A stretch of 64,000 bases of DNA from a virus (Duplodnaviria; Caudoviricetes), in IMG/VR virus record IMGVR_UViG_3300031853_000007, positions 32,001-96,000 of that record. One strand, given 5' to 3'. Below are positions 1 through 11,171 of the stretch, piece after piece. The notes beneath the pieces are model-generated. The model saw only the letters and a list, made by a program, of their open reading frames with translations. It searched no databases and had not been told where the DNA came from. A program made the position numbers and the translations under genes. Positions within the stretch are counted from its first letter, which is position 1. Each line of letters starts with the position of its first letter.

Positions 1-210
1 AATCGTTATTCCATAAAACGCCATAGCATCACTTTGACAAGTGAATGATATTGGAAAAAGATCATCCCCGCTGGGTTCTGTTGCCGGCGGGTTGGGGTCA
101 GAAGATGCACCCGGTGCGCCAAACGACCCTGAACCTGTCGAAAAAATAACCACGTTTCCATTTCTTGGATATACATTCGTGGGGGTCGCCAATGCGTTTC
201 TTCCTGCCAC
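1..210 (-). CDS. Tail/baseplate protein downstream of TMP, N-terminus only (runs off window)
   Basis: Not in the ORF track. GTG start at 210 after RBS AAGGAAGTGG, open to position 1 (MAGRNALATPTNVYPRNG...). Function inferred from position only. Confidence 0.55.
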   Translation of the reverse strand, partial: MAGRNALATPTNVYPRNGNVVIFSTGSGSFGAPGASSDPNPPATEPSGDDLFPISFTCQSDAMAFYGITI

Positions 211-322
211 GATACCACTTCCTTTCTTAAATGTTTTGTATATAGAAAAACCACTGTGGATTCGACACCACAATGGTCTGGATTTTCATAATAAAGAGGG
301 CGAGCGTACCCGCCCTCATAAA

Positions 323-1286
323 TTATCGACCTACAACGAGGTCTTGTTTCGCTTCACGGACATATCTGTCAAAGTATTCTTTAAACTTGTCATAGTTATC
401 AACTATAACAGAACCTTCCATTACCCACGTGCGTTGCTGATTATATGTTGCACCAGAATTGTTTATAACTTTATTCTGAGCGTAATTATAATCTCTGATG
501 GGTAAACCATTGAATACAGTATTAGATTTAGCAAATGCGGAACCTATACTTGTAGGTACAGACTGCATCAGCTTAGAGTTAAGGAACCGATTAAGCTTTT
601 CTTGTGCTGAATCGCTAAGTCTTGAATGAGTAGTCTTCGGTTGAGTTCTAGCGTCATTCAATTCTTTGTTGCTATACTTTTCACCCTGTTTGTCGTACTC
701 GGGATCGAAGTATTTTCTCATTTCATCGTACGACCCAAACATATCCATAAACTTGCTTACATCAAACCCTTCTTTGTTAAGAGCTTGAAGCATAGCACGG
801 AAACGATCAAGTGCGGCAGTTTGTTCATCTGTTGCTTTTGCAAACTCGGCTGAGTAATTCTTGTAGAAATCAAGATACTCTTTCTGGTCATTTCGGAGTT
901 CCTCATAAACCGAAAGTTTCTTTTCAAGCCGCTCGATTTCGTTGTCAATCTCTTTAAGCCGTACATCAGTAATCTCTTTGATTCGGTCTTGTATTTTACC
1001 ATACTCTGTTTGATACTGAGATACTATGCTGAGGTCTTGACTTGCAATTTTCTCACGCCAGTCTTTACCGAAAACGGCGGCGGCGTTCATCTCATCTTGA
1101 CCATTCTTCCAAGCGTCAACCGCCTCTTGCCAAGTTTCCTTGTAATTATTCCATGATTCGATTTGAGCATCATAGTTTGCAAGAGCAGCTTCTTTTTCTT
1201 TTTCAAGGTCTTCGATTTCATACTCACGAACCAAATCGTCATATTCCTTTTGGGCTTTTTCGACTTCTTCGGTGTTGGTTTCTATT
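323..1286 (-). CDS. Tape measure protein, exon 3
   Basis: Coiled-coil frame continues exon 2 once 1287-1575 is removed (...SRGWV|IETNTEEVEKAQKEYDDLVREYE...). Confidence 0.85.
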
Positions 1287-1575
1287 CAATCTGTTACTTT
1301 CCCGTTTTCACGGTACTGACCCTTTCGGGCGGGTAGTCATTTCTGGCTACCTCTCACGTTTCATCGTTAAGTTATAGCGTGAGTTCGGACTGTATCTTCA
1401 CCCTCTATATTAATAGTAGGGGAGTAGCGAAGGTCTGTATGTTACCATACTAACCACTTTACAGTCTCTACGGTTTCTTTGTATAAAGTCTTACCTCGGT
1501 CTTATCTACTTCTAGACTTTAACCGATATAGCTACTTGTTTATAATATATTACTATATTAATGGGCAATATTATT
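1287..1575 (-). ncRNA. Group I intron (IA-like, 289 nt, no ORF): TMP intron 2
   Basis: R element CCGUAGAGACUG and S element GAAGAUACAGUCC (P7 GACUG/CAGUC); P3 AGUAGC/GCUACU; P4 UCGGUU/GACCGA. Guide UAUUGCCC pairs with ligated exons GGGU|AAUA. Ends in G, and removal restores the frame. Confidence 0.92.
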
Positions 1576-4028
1576 ACCCAACCTCTTGATGCTGAATACC
1601 GCCTAACCTTATTGTTTTTAGCCTTTTCAAGAGCAAGCTCCTTTTCACGTAGTTCGTTTATACGGTCACGTTCCTCAGCTTCCTCTTTTAGTGCGTCAAT
1701 CTGGTTGTCGTAGTATTCCTCAACTGCGGCTTTCTGCCGTTCAAGAGCGTCAATCTGCTTGTCGATTTGGCGGGTTACCGCATTAACAGCAGAATCGTAA
1801 AGCGCCGCCTGTTCTTCAAGAGTTTCTTTCTCCTCTTCAAGGACTTCGCGCGCCTCTTTCCGCTTCTTGATTTCCTTGTTGATCTTGTTGATAGTTTCGG
1901 TCAACTTGTCAATATTAGCCTGAATAAGCTCCTTTTCTTTAGCGTAAGCATCGTTTGTATCTTCGACTTCGGTTGTTATATCACGGTCAATTCTGAGCAG
2001 CTCAATCGCTTGCTTGAGAACTGCTTTGATATTTTCGTCGTCGGTAGAATTGTACATGAGAAGCAATTCTTTAAGAGAACTTTCGGTAGTGGTATTGATA
2101 AGCTCCTGCATACGCTGTTTGAGAGTATCGGCATCATTAGCATATTGGAGTAAGTCGGGGAACTGGTCAAAGAAGTCATCGCCGAGAGTTCCACCCTCTT
2201 CAAGAGTTTTGTATGCAGACTTAAGAGGATTGATGGTATTGTCGATAAGGTCTTTGAGTGTATTCTCTGTTCCGTCTATTGTGCGGACACCGTAGAAGTC
2301 GTGCCAATTGAAGGATTCGGCTTTAAGGATACCACTAATTGTACGTTTGATTTGATCCTTGTCGGGATTAAACCAGTTAATCTTATTATTGATTTCACCC
2401 TGAACTAGTTTTAAGAAAACTTCAAGTTCGCTTTCATTAAGTTCAGGAATGATTTCAGCAATGAATCCTCGCTTGTTGCCACTATGGAAACCAAATCTTT
2501 CGTCAAAAGCAGTATTGATTTTACTAATCCAATCATAAATCTTTTGTTGAGTTTGAGCTTCATCGGTATCAATAAAGAATTCACTAAGATCCGGCATACT
2601 ATTTAGAATGGAATCAATAGACGCAACGATAGCTTCATTAGAACCTAAGAAACGATTTTTATATTCATCTACACTGTCGGCAGCAGATAACATATCCTCT
2701 CTTAACTGATTAAATTCCTCTTGAGTTTTAGGTACGCCGTTTTGGTCGGTAATATCCAAGTAAAGCATTTGAGCAACAGCGGAATTTGCAGCGTCTCTTA
2801 ATTCTTTAGCTTTTTCATAGGAGCCTTGTAAATCCTCTTGCTTCTTTAGGATGCTATCCCATAACTTATTACCCTCTAATTCTTGTTGAGTATATAATCC
2901 TTTAATTCTTCCCTCTTCAAGAATCTTTTGCATTTCTAATAATTTTTCGTATGCCTCGATTGCAGAATCTAAATCATCGACTTCGCCAATATCGAAAAAA
3001 TCAATGTTTACATCACGACCACCAGTTAAGAGATCTAGTGGAAATATTCCTGTGCTCATCTTCTTAACTTCTGTTTCATACTCGATTCCTGCTTTTTTAA
3101 GCTGATCAACCATTTTACTAGTGGATTCGTCATCTATATCAAATGTTATTTCATTATATTTTCCACTAATAAATGAATCTTTGGTTTTCTTTTGGAAGTT
3201 TTCTAGTTCTTTAGTGTATCCAGCAAAAGCATCGCTATAATCTTGTTTGAGAGCATCAGTCGTTACCTTATTGATACTACCATCTAAGTCGTCATATTTT
3301 TCTCTAAGAGTTTTAATTTCGTCTTCCTCATAACCTAAAGCTTTCAAAAGAGCGTCGGTTTTATTTGTGAGATTTTCTTTTGAAGCCGCACCCTCGTCGT
3401 ATGCACTTTTAACAGAGGAATATTCTCCATATAGTGATCGAATTTGTTTAATTTCAGATTCCGCTTCCTCGCCTGTTTCTATTATCTGCTCTTTTAATTC
3501 TTTTTGCTTTTGAATTAAATTAGCTACTAAACCGATGGTGGCAGATATAATCATACTGATTCCAGCAGATGCTAACCCAGAAACTATTTGAGCGCCCATA
3601 TTTTTAAGTGCGCTCCAAGCGCTATCTTTCACATAAGCCGCAAGGCTTGCTTTAGCTCCGTTAAGCTGAACCAACTGACTACCTAATGCGTTATTAGTTT
3701 CAAGAATAGCTTCCGCCATCTTACCTCTAGAAACACTGTCGGCTTGTGCGTTATACATATTAATAGCTTTTATGCCACCCCAAAATCCGCTAGTAACTTT
3801 AACCTGAGACTGATAGAAGTCTTTTGCAGAATAATTAGCTGCATCGGTTGTTAGTGCATACTCTTTCAGTCTGTGATTTAATCCATCTTGAAGCTGAATT
3901 TGGTCTTTAGTTAATGTCCCTAACTTGACCAATTCCATCTCCGCTGTTTTATAATCAGGTAACTCTACTCCTCTAATTTGACGAAGGAATATTTTTTCAC
4001 CATCTTTTATGTTGCTAGTGTCGAATAT
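1576..4028 (-). CDS. Tape measure protein, exon 2
   Basis: The frame is open 30 codons upstream of the ORF-track Met (3938) with no RBS there. Helical/coiled-coil. Joins exons 1 and 3 in frame. Confidence 0.85.
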
Positions 4029-4077
4029 CAGACATAGTTAATGTGTAAATTTGTGGATAATAAACACATTTTCAATC

Positions 4078-4106
4078 TTGACAATATATTAATTCAATGA
4101 TATAAT
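4078..4106 (+). promoter_or_regulatory. Consensus sigma-A promoter for the antisense cargo gene
   Basis: TTGACA-17 bp-TATAAT with extended -10 TG. Confidence 0.85.
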
Positions 4107-4141
4107 TATATAAAAACAATAATTAGAAAGAGGTGTGATAA

Positions 4142-4747
4142 GTGAAAAGAAGTATTTACCTTATAATAGTTGGAATAATGCTTGTGATAAGTATGATTCT
4201 GGTTATATTTTTAGTTGTTCAGCGAAAAACATATAGTGGCGCGTATGATTCCTATAGTCATTCTAATCATTTAGATAATGATTTTGAAAAATACATTAGA
4301 GACTCAAATTTTCGCAGTTCTAATCAAACACCTATATTTCTAGCGTATCTCGGAAAAGATAAAACAATTGATAATTCCACCAATATCGTTTTAACTGTAT
4401 GGATCTGGGACGATGTGAATAACCAAAATATAGAAAAAAACTGGTCTGAACTTTCCTCGGAAGAAAAAAAGAATGACCTTCGTGAATGTGCAGAACTGGT
4501 TGAAAAATTCTTGAAAAACAAAGATGTACCTTATAGTTATCATATTTACGTAAACGTTCAAAACACCTCCAAATTAGGAAATTATGTTTACGACAAATCT
4601 CATGATTCAATATGGATACCAAATTGTGAAGAGAAAATAAAAAAAGGTGAATATGATGAACCACCATCATTAAAGGAAGGATATCATGTCTGCATATTAA
4701 ATAGTAAATTCACAGAAGTTGGCAAAGAAGAATCCACCCCATACTAA
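4142..4747 (+). CDS. Membrane-anchored hypothetical protein (moron-like), antisense within TMP intron 1
   Basis: RBS AAAGAGGTG; N-terminal TM helix IYLIIVGIMLVISMILVIFLVV; AT-rich; has its own promoter and terminator. Confidence 0.8.
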   Translation: MKRSIYLIIVGIMLVISMILVIFLVVQRKTYSGAYDSYSHSNHLDNDFEKYIRDSNFRSSNQTPIFLAYLGKDKTIDNSTNIVLTVWIWDDVNNQNIEKNWSELSSEEKKNDLRECAELVEKFLKNKDVPYSYHIYVNVQNTSKLGNYVYDKSHDSIWIPNCEEKIKKGEYDEPPSLKEGYHVCILNSKFTEVGKEESTPY

Positions 4748-4754
4748 CAAGAGC

Positions 4755-4778
4755 CACCCGAAAGGGTGGTTTATTTTT
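4755..4778 (+). terminator. Intrinsic terminator of the antisense cargo gene
   Basis: CCACCC-GAAA-GGGTGG followed by TTTATTTT on the plus strand; no good U-tract on the minus strand. Confidence 0.75.
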
Positions 4779-5202
4779 ACCAATCCACCCCGGACACATC
4801 GCCTGTCACAATCGACTCAATGATACCTACAGAGACAACCATACATTTGCCTTCATCATAAGGATGTTCTATTCTCAGGTTTCCCTTTAACTCGCCGTCT
4901 AAGAATTTCTGATAATCCTCTTCCGATATGTATCCCCAAGGATTACAAGACCAAAAGTCGTTTGTATCAACATAAACTAAAATATATCCGTCGGGTTCTC
5001 TAAGTGATGGTTCATTGGCTTCATTTCCTTCACCTATACAGTATATCCCAATAGTTAGAGCGGCAAATATCAATATAGCTATTATACACCTAAGCCAAGC
5101 GTCTCTGCATTCCTTTTTCTCAGCTTGTCCCCACGTTTCGTCTTCCCATTTTTGTGTTTTACGTTTGGGTTTGGGTTCATCTGATTCACGCCTATAACTC
5201 AT
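4777..5202 (-). CDS. Small single-TM hypothetical protein, sense cargo in TMP intron 1
   Basis: RBS AAAGGAAG; TM segment IIAILIFAALTIGIYCIG; no HNH, GIY-YIG or LAGLIDADG motif. Confidence 0.75.
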   Translation of the reverse strand: MSYRRESDEPKPKRKTQKWEDETWGQAEKKECRDAWLRCIIAILIFAALTIGIYCIGEGNEANEPSLREPDGYILVYVDTNDFWSCNPWGYISEEDYQKFLDGELKGNLRIEHPYDEGKCMVVSVGIIESIVTGDVSGVDW

Positions 5203-5538
5203 TTTAATCTTCCTTTCTTTCTATTCCTTTCGCACTTTCCCACCGTAGCAGCGAATCGCTACGTATGATTTTCTACGTTCCCGTAGTTGTCTGGAGTACC
5301 CCATGACGACTCTCGCCGCCCTACCATTATACTCTCTGAACCTTCCTACTAAGTAGGCTTGGCTGCGGATTATGCGGTATCTCAACCGCCCTTCCCGAAC
5401 GAGATTCATAAAACTCGTTACGCAATGCGCCAGTTTCGGTAGTTTTTCCAAAGCTCTCTTGTCAATTAAATCGACTCGTTCCGTGTTACCACCAGAGCTT
5501 ACTCGGGCATATTCATCGAGGGTAAACATTCTAACCCT

Positions 5539-8500
5539 ACCCGAGCCAGTTTTATCTTTGAGTTTCGCTTGAAGCGCAGTCATTCCGCCGAATGCCAGAA
5601 GTCCTGTACCCAAGCCTTTCATATCTTTGAGAACATCAAGAATATCGTTGAGTCCTCCGCCGAATTTAACAACCCAGTCTAAGCCGTCCTTGACAAGCTC
5701 ACTATCCACGACGTTGGTGGAAAGCGTCTGCCAAACAGACTGGATCTGATTAAGTTTTCCTTGAATGGAGTCGAGCGCGGTTTCTAACTCGCGGTCAGCC
5801 GAACCCTCAGCCATTCCTTCGTTTAATTCCTTGACAACATCTCTTGCGGTCTCGAAGTTTTCAAGCATAGCATAAACGGTGTTAATGCCGACTTTACCGC
5901 CGAGCATTTCGCCGATTCTAGCTTGGTCTGTATCATTGAGGTCTTTCCAAACCTTAGAGAGATCGTTGAGGATATCGTATGTGCTGCGGAAACTGTGCTC
6001 GTCGAGCATGATTTCCACGCCAGAGATTGATTTGATTTCTTCTCTCAACTTCGATACCGTCATGGTCATCTCTTCGCCCTCTTCTTCGAGTTCGCTCTTC
6101 GCGCCACGAATTCGAGCAGAGATGGTCTTAAGGGATGTTCCCATCTTTTCAGGATCTTGGATAATTTCGTTACCTGCCGTTGTTAAAGCAATCGCCTCTG
6201 AAAGCGTATTATTCGCGGCGACCAAAGACGAAGCAGAACGTTGTAAGGATTCGCCTAGCCCTGAGCTGGAAACTGCAAAATTGTTCCCGACATAATTAAA
6301 TTTATCAACAATTTCCTCTGCCGTATCACCCATACTCTGATATGCCTTCATAGTAGAGATAATACTTTCACTCGCCGTACCAATATCCAAATCCTCAGCA
6401 ACCGTCTTGTACTTCGATGCAATCTCACCGAGCTTCTGTGCTTCTTCAAGCTGATAACCCAGCCTGCTGAATGTCGCCGTCGAGTCAATCTGGTCAGTTA
6501 AAGTTGTGCCGAGTGCTATCGAAGATTTCTGAACAGACTTCTGATATTTAAGAAGAGACTGTTCGGAAGCATCTGTGACCTTGCGGAGATTAACCATCGC
6601 GGTATCAACTTCTTTGACCTGAGTAACCATGTCTTTCATCAGTCGGAGACCCTGAGTGATAGTTCTCGTTACAAGCGTCCAGCCACCGAACTTCTTGAAC
6701 ATCGCAGTGAGGACACTACCAGTAGTCTTACCGTTCTTACCGGCTAATACGATTTGGGAATTAAATTCCGCGAAGTCCGCATTAAACCTTCTTAGATCGG
6801 CGTCGCTAGTTATAAGACCATTTCTAAGTCTATCCATGAAGTCCGCATACTTTGCTGCGTTTTCAGGATATGTTAGAGCCTTAGAGTTAAGCTTACCCCA
6901 TGCTTCAAGTTCGGATATTCTATTATCTATCTTTGTTTTAAGTGATACGCCCCTGTTGCTTTCTTTCTCAACTTTAGCAGATTCTTTATTTGCAGAGATA
7001 AGTTGATTAACCGCGTATCTTGCATCATTTACGTTTTCAACATAGACACCCATTGGCTCCACAAGGTTAGCCATTACCTCATCGCGGTACTTTTTAAAAT
7101 CGGACTCGGATGCAAACTGACCCGGAGAATAACTATTTAAAGAATCCTTTGTATTAAAATACCGCCCAATGGTTCTTTCTGCCTCCGCAAGGGTTCTGCC
7201 ATCACCAATCTCAACCGTATTGAGATCTATGTTATTATCTTTAGCTTGCTTAATTAACCTATCAATTTCTAGTATTTTCTTTTCTAACTTTTGGAGACCC
7301 CCGATTGCATCATCAAACGAAAGAATATCCTCCACTTCATCATCCGAATGAGATATAAGTGTATCTACCGATTTGGTTACGTTTCGCAGTGACTCATTAA
7401 CGTTATCTATCGCATCTTCCGCTGCTTTAATTCCGCTAACATCTAATTCCTGAGATAACCAATACTCCTCGGTATTTTTAACTTTCTCGATACCATCGCT
7501 AAGTCTTTTAATTGCATCGTCGTAAGCTGAGGTATCTACATGAGCATTACTAAGTTCGTCTCTTAATGCTATTAATTTTTCAAGCGCTTCTTCGGCAAAG
7601 TTTACTGACGAATCGGTGTTGAACATATCATAGTATTGAGATACAAAACTCGGAACCGAGGTGTTGTTATACTCATTATTAGCCTCAGTTAAAAACGCAT
7701 CGGCTTCCAGTAAAGCTTTAGTAGACGGGTCTTTTCTTGTTGCAACATTATTAACCTTGATTAACTTATCTCTTATTTTCTCAAGTTTAGAGAGTAAGTC
7801 TTGTACGTCGCTATCGGGCAGTAATGTATCTTCAAGACCGCCAGTAGAAGAAAGTAGAAATTGCAATTCTTTAATCTCCCGCTGTACTTCGGGTAATAAA
7901 CCTTCTGTTTCTACGAGCATTTGTCCCGCATTTCGATTAGGTAATTGTGGTGATGCAGGCTGCTTAGGAGGTTTTGGGTTACCACCGCCAGACGGAGTAT
8001 TGGATGGCGGGGTAGCAGGTACGGGTGTATTACCCGAACCATTATTGGTCACTTGTATACCATTGGAAATCTTATTATAGATACCATTAATTATAGCCTT
8101 TGCTTCTTTGATATCCTGCTTGGTTTCATCTACATCCTCGAATATAAGGTCGGTAGAGGCAGACGCTTGTTTAACGTTATTGTCAATATCCAGAAGACTG
8201 TTGCCTATTAGTTTATACTCCGCTTCACTCCAACCTATATTATCATTAGGTTTGCTAGGTGTTATATTGTCGGGAGGATTAGAATTATCCGCATTTATAG
8301 CATAAGATTCTGCTAAACGTTCATTCTGTGCATCAATTTCTGCATCAACAAACTGTTTGATTCTATCGGCTAAGTTATTAACGCTTCTATTTGTTTCGCT
8401 AATAGCTTCACTCATTCTCTTGAAAGCTTCTTTGAGTCCCACGTTTTTGTTTGAGTTTTTATTACTTAAATCATCTGCGGTATTTTTATTGCTCTCTAAA

Positions 8501-9648
8501 TTATTGGATTCCGCAGTAGTATTATTATTTACCGCCTGAGTATTTTCAGAAATAGCATTAGCTAAATCCTGTACAATATCGCTCTTTATGACATTAGTGT
8601 CTATCTTTTCTGGTTTATATCGACTCAAATCTCTACCGGAATCCTGTCTTAGTTCATCCAGCATATCAGAGATTTTGTTTCGGTTATAAATATCGCCAAC
8701 TTGTATTTGTTTGGGCATCTTTGATGCTTCTTTTGTGCTATAAAGACCGTTTTTTACACCGAGATCAACAGCTTGGGTAAATTGATTTTTAAATTCTTTA
8801 GCTATTTGCGTAACGACTTTTTCAATGTTTCGCCCATTTATTTCCGTTCCTTCGGGTATGTATTTCAAGTCCTTTAATTTGTCAACAATTGCAACTCTTT
8901 CTTCTTTGGTAGCCGCCTTGTATTCTGCAAGAATCTCCTTTGCAATCTGAACAGAACCTACATAGTTTGTTTTAAGAACAGAGTCCACACCTTTTTTGCC
9001 AGTCTTATTATCGTCTGTAATAGGTACACGGGCTTTATTGGCATCCTTGTCTAACATACCTTCATACGCATTAGCTACATCATTAACAGTTTTTAATTTT
9101 CGAGCCATCTCATCAAATGACTCATTTATCCGTAAAACCGCTTTTTCAACATACTCAGCGCCTTTTAATGTCTTGATTTCATCAACATTAGAATCAGAAG
9201 ATTGAGACTTAATACTTGATTTAGCGGATTGTGTTTCTTTGGGTTCGGGTCTCTTTGCAACTTGCGGGACTGAATTGGAAGTATTATCCATAAACGGTGC
9301 CAAAGCTTTAATAACCTTCTTTAATTCCTTTAAATCAGATATTAGTTTCGGTAAATCACCAGCTATATTTACCTCTAAATCAATAGAATCTCCATCATAC
9401 GCAGCGTGTAATTCTTTAAATTCTGCATCTACGGATTCTGCGTCGGCTGAAATATTTAATTTTAATTCATTATCGTTTAATGCTTTTGTTAAGTCTTTTA
9501 AAAAATCATCATTGTTAGTAGAAACGTCCAATTTAATGCCTTTTTCTTCAAGTTTCTGTAAAACCTTTTCAAATTCATCAATATTTTTTGCATCTACGCT
9601 AGGTACTATTTCTAAATCAAATATACTTCCATTCATTTCATCTGCCAT
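5539..9648 (-). CDS. Tape measure protein, exon 1 (1370 codons; spliced product ~2508 aa)
   Basis: TP901-type TMP core (VDTAMVNLRKV...IVDKFNYVGNNFAVSSSGLGESLQRSAS...GTSLKTISARIRG). The last 105 codons of the 1475-aa track ORF are read-through into the intron. Confidence 0.92.
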
Positions 9649-9659
9649 ATTATCTCACC

Positions 9660-10133
9660 TCACTTCTTCAATTCTTTTTTTAAACCTTGTTTGATTATAC
9701 TCTTCACATAATCCTTGTAATTATTAGCTATTTTCTCTTTAATAGACACTCTATCATCAATCCAAGAACTCGAAAAAGATGATAGCGGGTATATGCTACC
9801 CTCATCTATCCAATCAATCAACATAGGATTATTCGTGAATTTTGTACCAAACACGCTTTTGTTAGGCACAGTCTTGTTCAATACTCTAATTTGTACGCTA
9901 TCGCCTTGGTTGTATACACCAACAAAAGTGTTATCTGGATCAATCAAACCGCCATTTGTTCCGCGCCTTATATATTCAGTAGGAGAATATCTATGGTAAA
10001 TATACCTTTCAAGATCAGCTCTTACTACGCTAGAAACATTTGGGGCTATATCTTCCCTAAGTGTTTTTGACACCGCCTTTAAAGTCTTAGACTCTAACGC
10101 TTTCTTATAAGCATCAGCATTAAACTTCGCCAT
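9660..10133 (-). CDS. Putative tail/neck morphogenesis protein
   Basis: IYHRYSPTEYIRRG motif; lies immediately before TMP. Confidence 0.5.
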   Translation of the reverse strand: MAKFNADAYKKALESKTLKAVSKTLREDIAPNVSSVVRADLERYIYHRYSPTEYIRRGTNGGLIDPDNTFVGVYNQGDSVQIRVLNKTVPNKSVFGTKFTNNPMLIDWIDEGSIYPLSSFSSSWIDDRVSIKEKIANNYKDYVKSIIKQGLKKELKK

Positions 10134-10638
10134 TGTCCTCCGTCACCGCCTCAGATTCATCAATGGGAATCTGTTCAAGCAACTGCATAAACGACTCGCT
10201 GCCAAGAAGACCAATAAGTGTATCAAGAACCTTTGCATCGGTATTGTTACTCTGCATAGTGTACTTTACTCTATGATCTATATAATCATTGATTCCCTTT
10301 ACAACCATGTCCATGTTGGGCGCAACTTTAAGCGCAACCTCGTTATAAAATCTATTATAAAAATCCGAACAAATGAGGGTATCGAAAAGTTCGTCGATAT
10401 CATTATATTCGTTATCGTCGTTTGTCAGATTAAGCATTACCGTCATAACCGCAAAGCGTACCATCATCTCTCTACTAAGAGGACGGAAAGAGTTATCCTT
10501 TTCGTTGAACAGTGCCGCCACCGCCGCCTTAGTCATGTTCACATAATCACTATACTTAATCTTTTCCAGAACCTCGCAGCCCTCGAACGGATTATCCTTT
10601 TCCATATTTTCCTTAGACATAAACTCTTTCAGTGTCAT
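10120..10638 (-). CDS. Putative tail assembly chaperone
   Basis: Acidic helical protein between major tail and TMP (synteny only). Confidence 0.4.
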   Translation of the reverse strand: MTLKEFMSKENMEKDNPFEGCEVLEKIKYSDYVNMTKAAVAALFNEKDNSFRPLSREMMVRFAVMTVMLNLTNDDNEYNDIDELFDTLICSDFYNRFYNEVALKVAPNMDMVVKGINDYIDHRVKYTMQSNNTDAKVLDTLIGLLGSESFMQLLEQIPIDESEAVTEDNGEV

Positions 10639-10708
10639 AATTATTCCTCACTTTCAATTTCGTAAAATTAAGGCAGCCTCAACCACGATTGAACCTACCT
10701 TTCTTTTG

Positions 10709-11101
10709 TCACTTACGTTTCTTACGATTCCTCGGCTTCTTGTCTATCTCGGTATTGATTTCCTCAATAGCTTCGTCGAGTGTCTTGTTATCTTCAAGAT
10801 ACTCACTGAGTTCCTCCTCAGTGCGCTTTTTTACCTCTTCTTCGGGAGCCTCCAAAAGCTCGATAACTTCGTCTTTTGACTTGTCCGTCCTATTTGGTAA
10901 AACGTCAGTTTTATTCCCCTTGGAACGTGCTTCAAGAACCTCTTGAATATAAAGTTCGTAATGCTCGATGCAACAAGCAGAAGAACGCCACGAATCGGTT
11001 CTGTCACAGTAGTCGCAAGCATAATAATGTTTTGCGCCACCGTCCTCGCCGAGGTTACACTTGCTATACTTGCAAATGTGATTAGGCTTATTTATCTTCA
11101 C
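10709..11101 (-). CDS. Hypothetical Cys-rich protein
   Basis: GTG start with RBS; CKYSKC, CDYC and CC motifs. Confidence 0.6.
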   Translation of the reverse strand: MKINKPNHICKYSKCNLGEDGGAKHYYACDYCDRTDSWRSSACCIEHYELYIQEVLEARSKGNKTDVLPNRTDKSKDEVIELLEAPEEEVKKRTEEELSEYLEDNKTLDEAIEEINTEIDKKPRNRKKRK

Positions 11102-11171
11102 TTAATTCACCGCCTTTTTAATAATAAAGCAAACCGCCCACGAGGGGCGGCTCGCAAATATTAATTCTCGA

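Larger units (their letters stand above)
4029..5538 (-). ncRNA. Group I intron (1510 nt) with two cargo genes in the P9 region: TMP intron 1
   Basis: P1 CUCGGGU/GCCCGAG; P10 AUAUUC/GAAUAU; P2 AGCUCU/AGAGCU; P3 CUACCG/UGGUAG; Q AAUCCGCAGC; R GUUCAGAGAGUA; P7 GAGUA/UACUC; P8 and P9 with GNRA loops; P9.0 AGACA/UGUCU directly before the terminal G at 4029. Ligation is in frame. Confidence 0.9.

Noticed and set aside
4052-4060. Perfect DnaA box (TGTGGATAA)
   Set aside because: Single isolated copy far from the origin, inside a hairpin loop of the intron 3' region; could be chance.
4755-4778. Terminator inside intron 1 implying trans-splicing
   Set aside because: The U-tract is only on the plus strand and I see no minus-strand promoter for the downstream half; cis-splicing is simpler. 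Not formally excluded.
1512-5538. TMP as a pseudogene or as several independent genes
   Set aside because: Both breaks carry complete group I cores with guide-matched, in-frame junctions.
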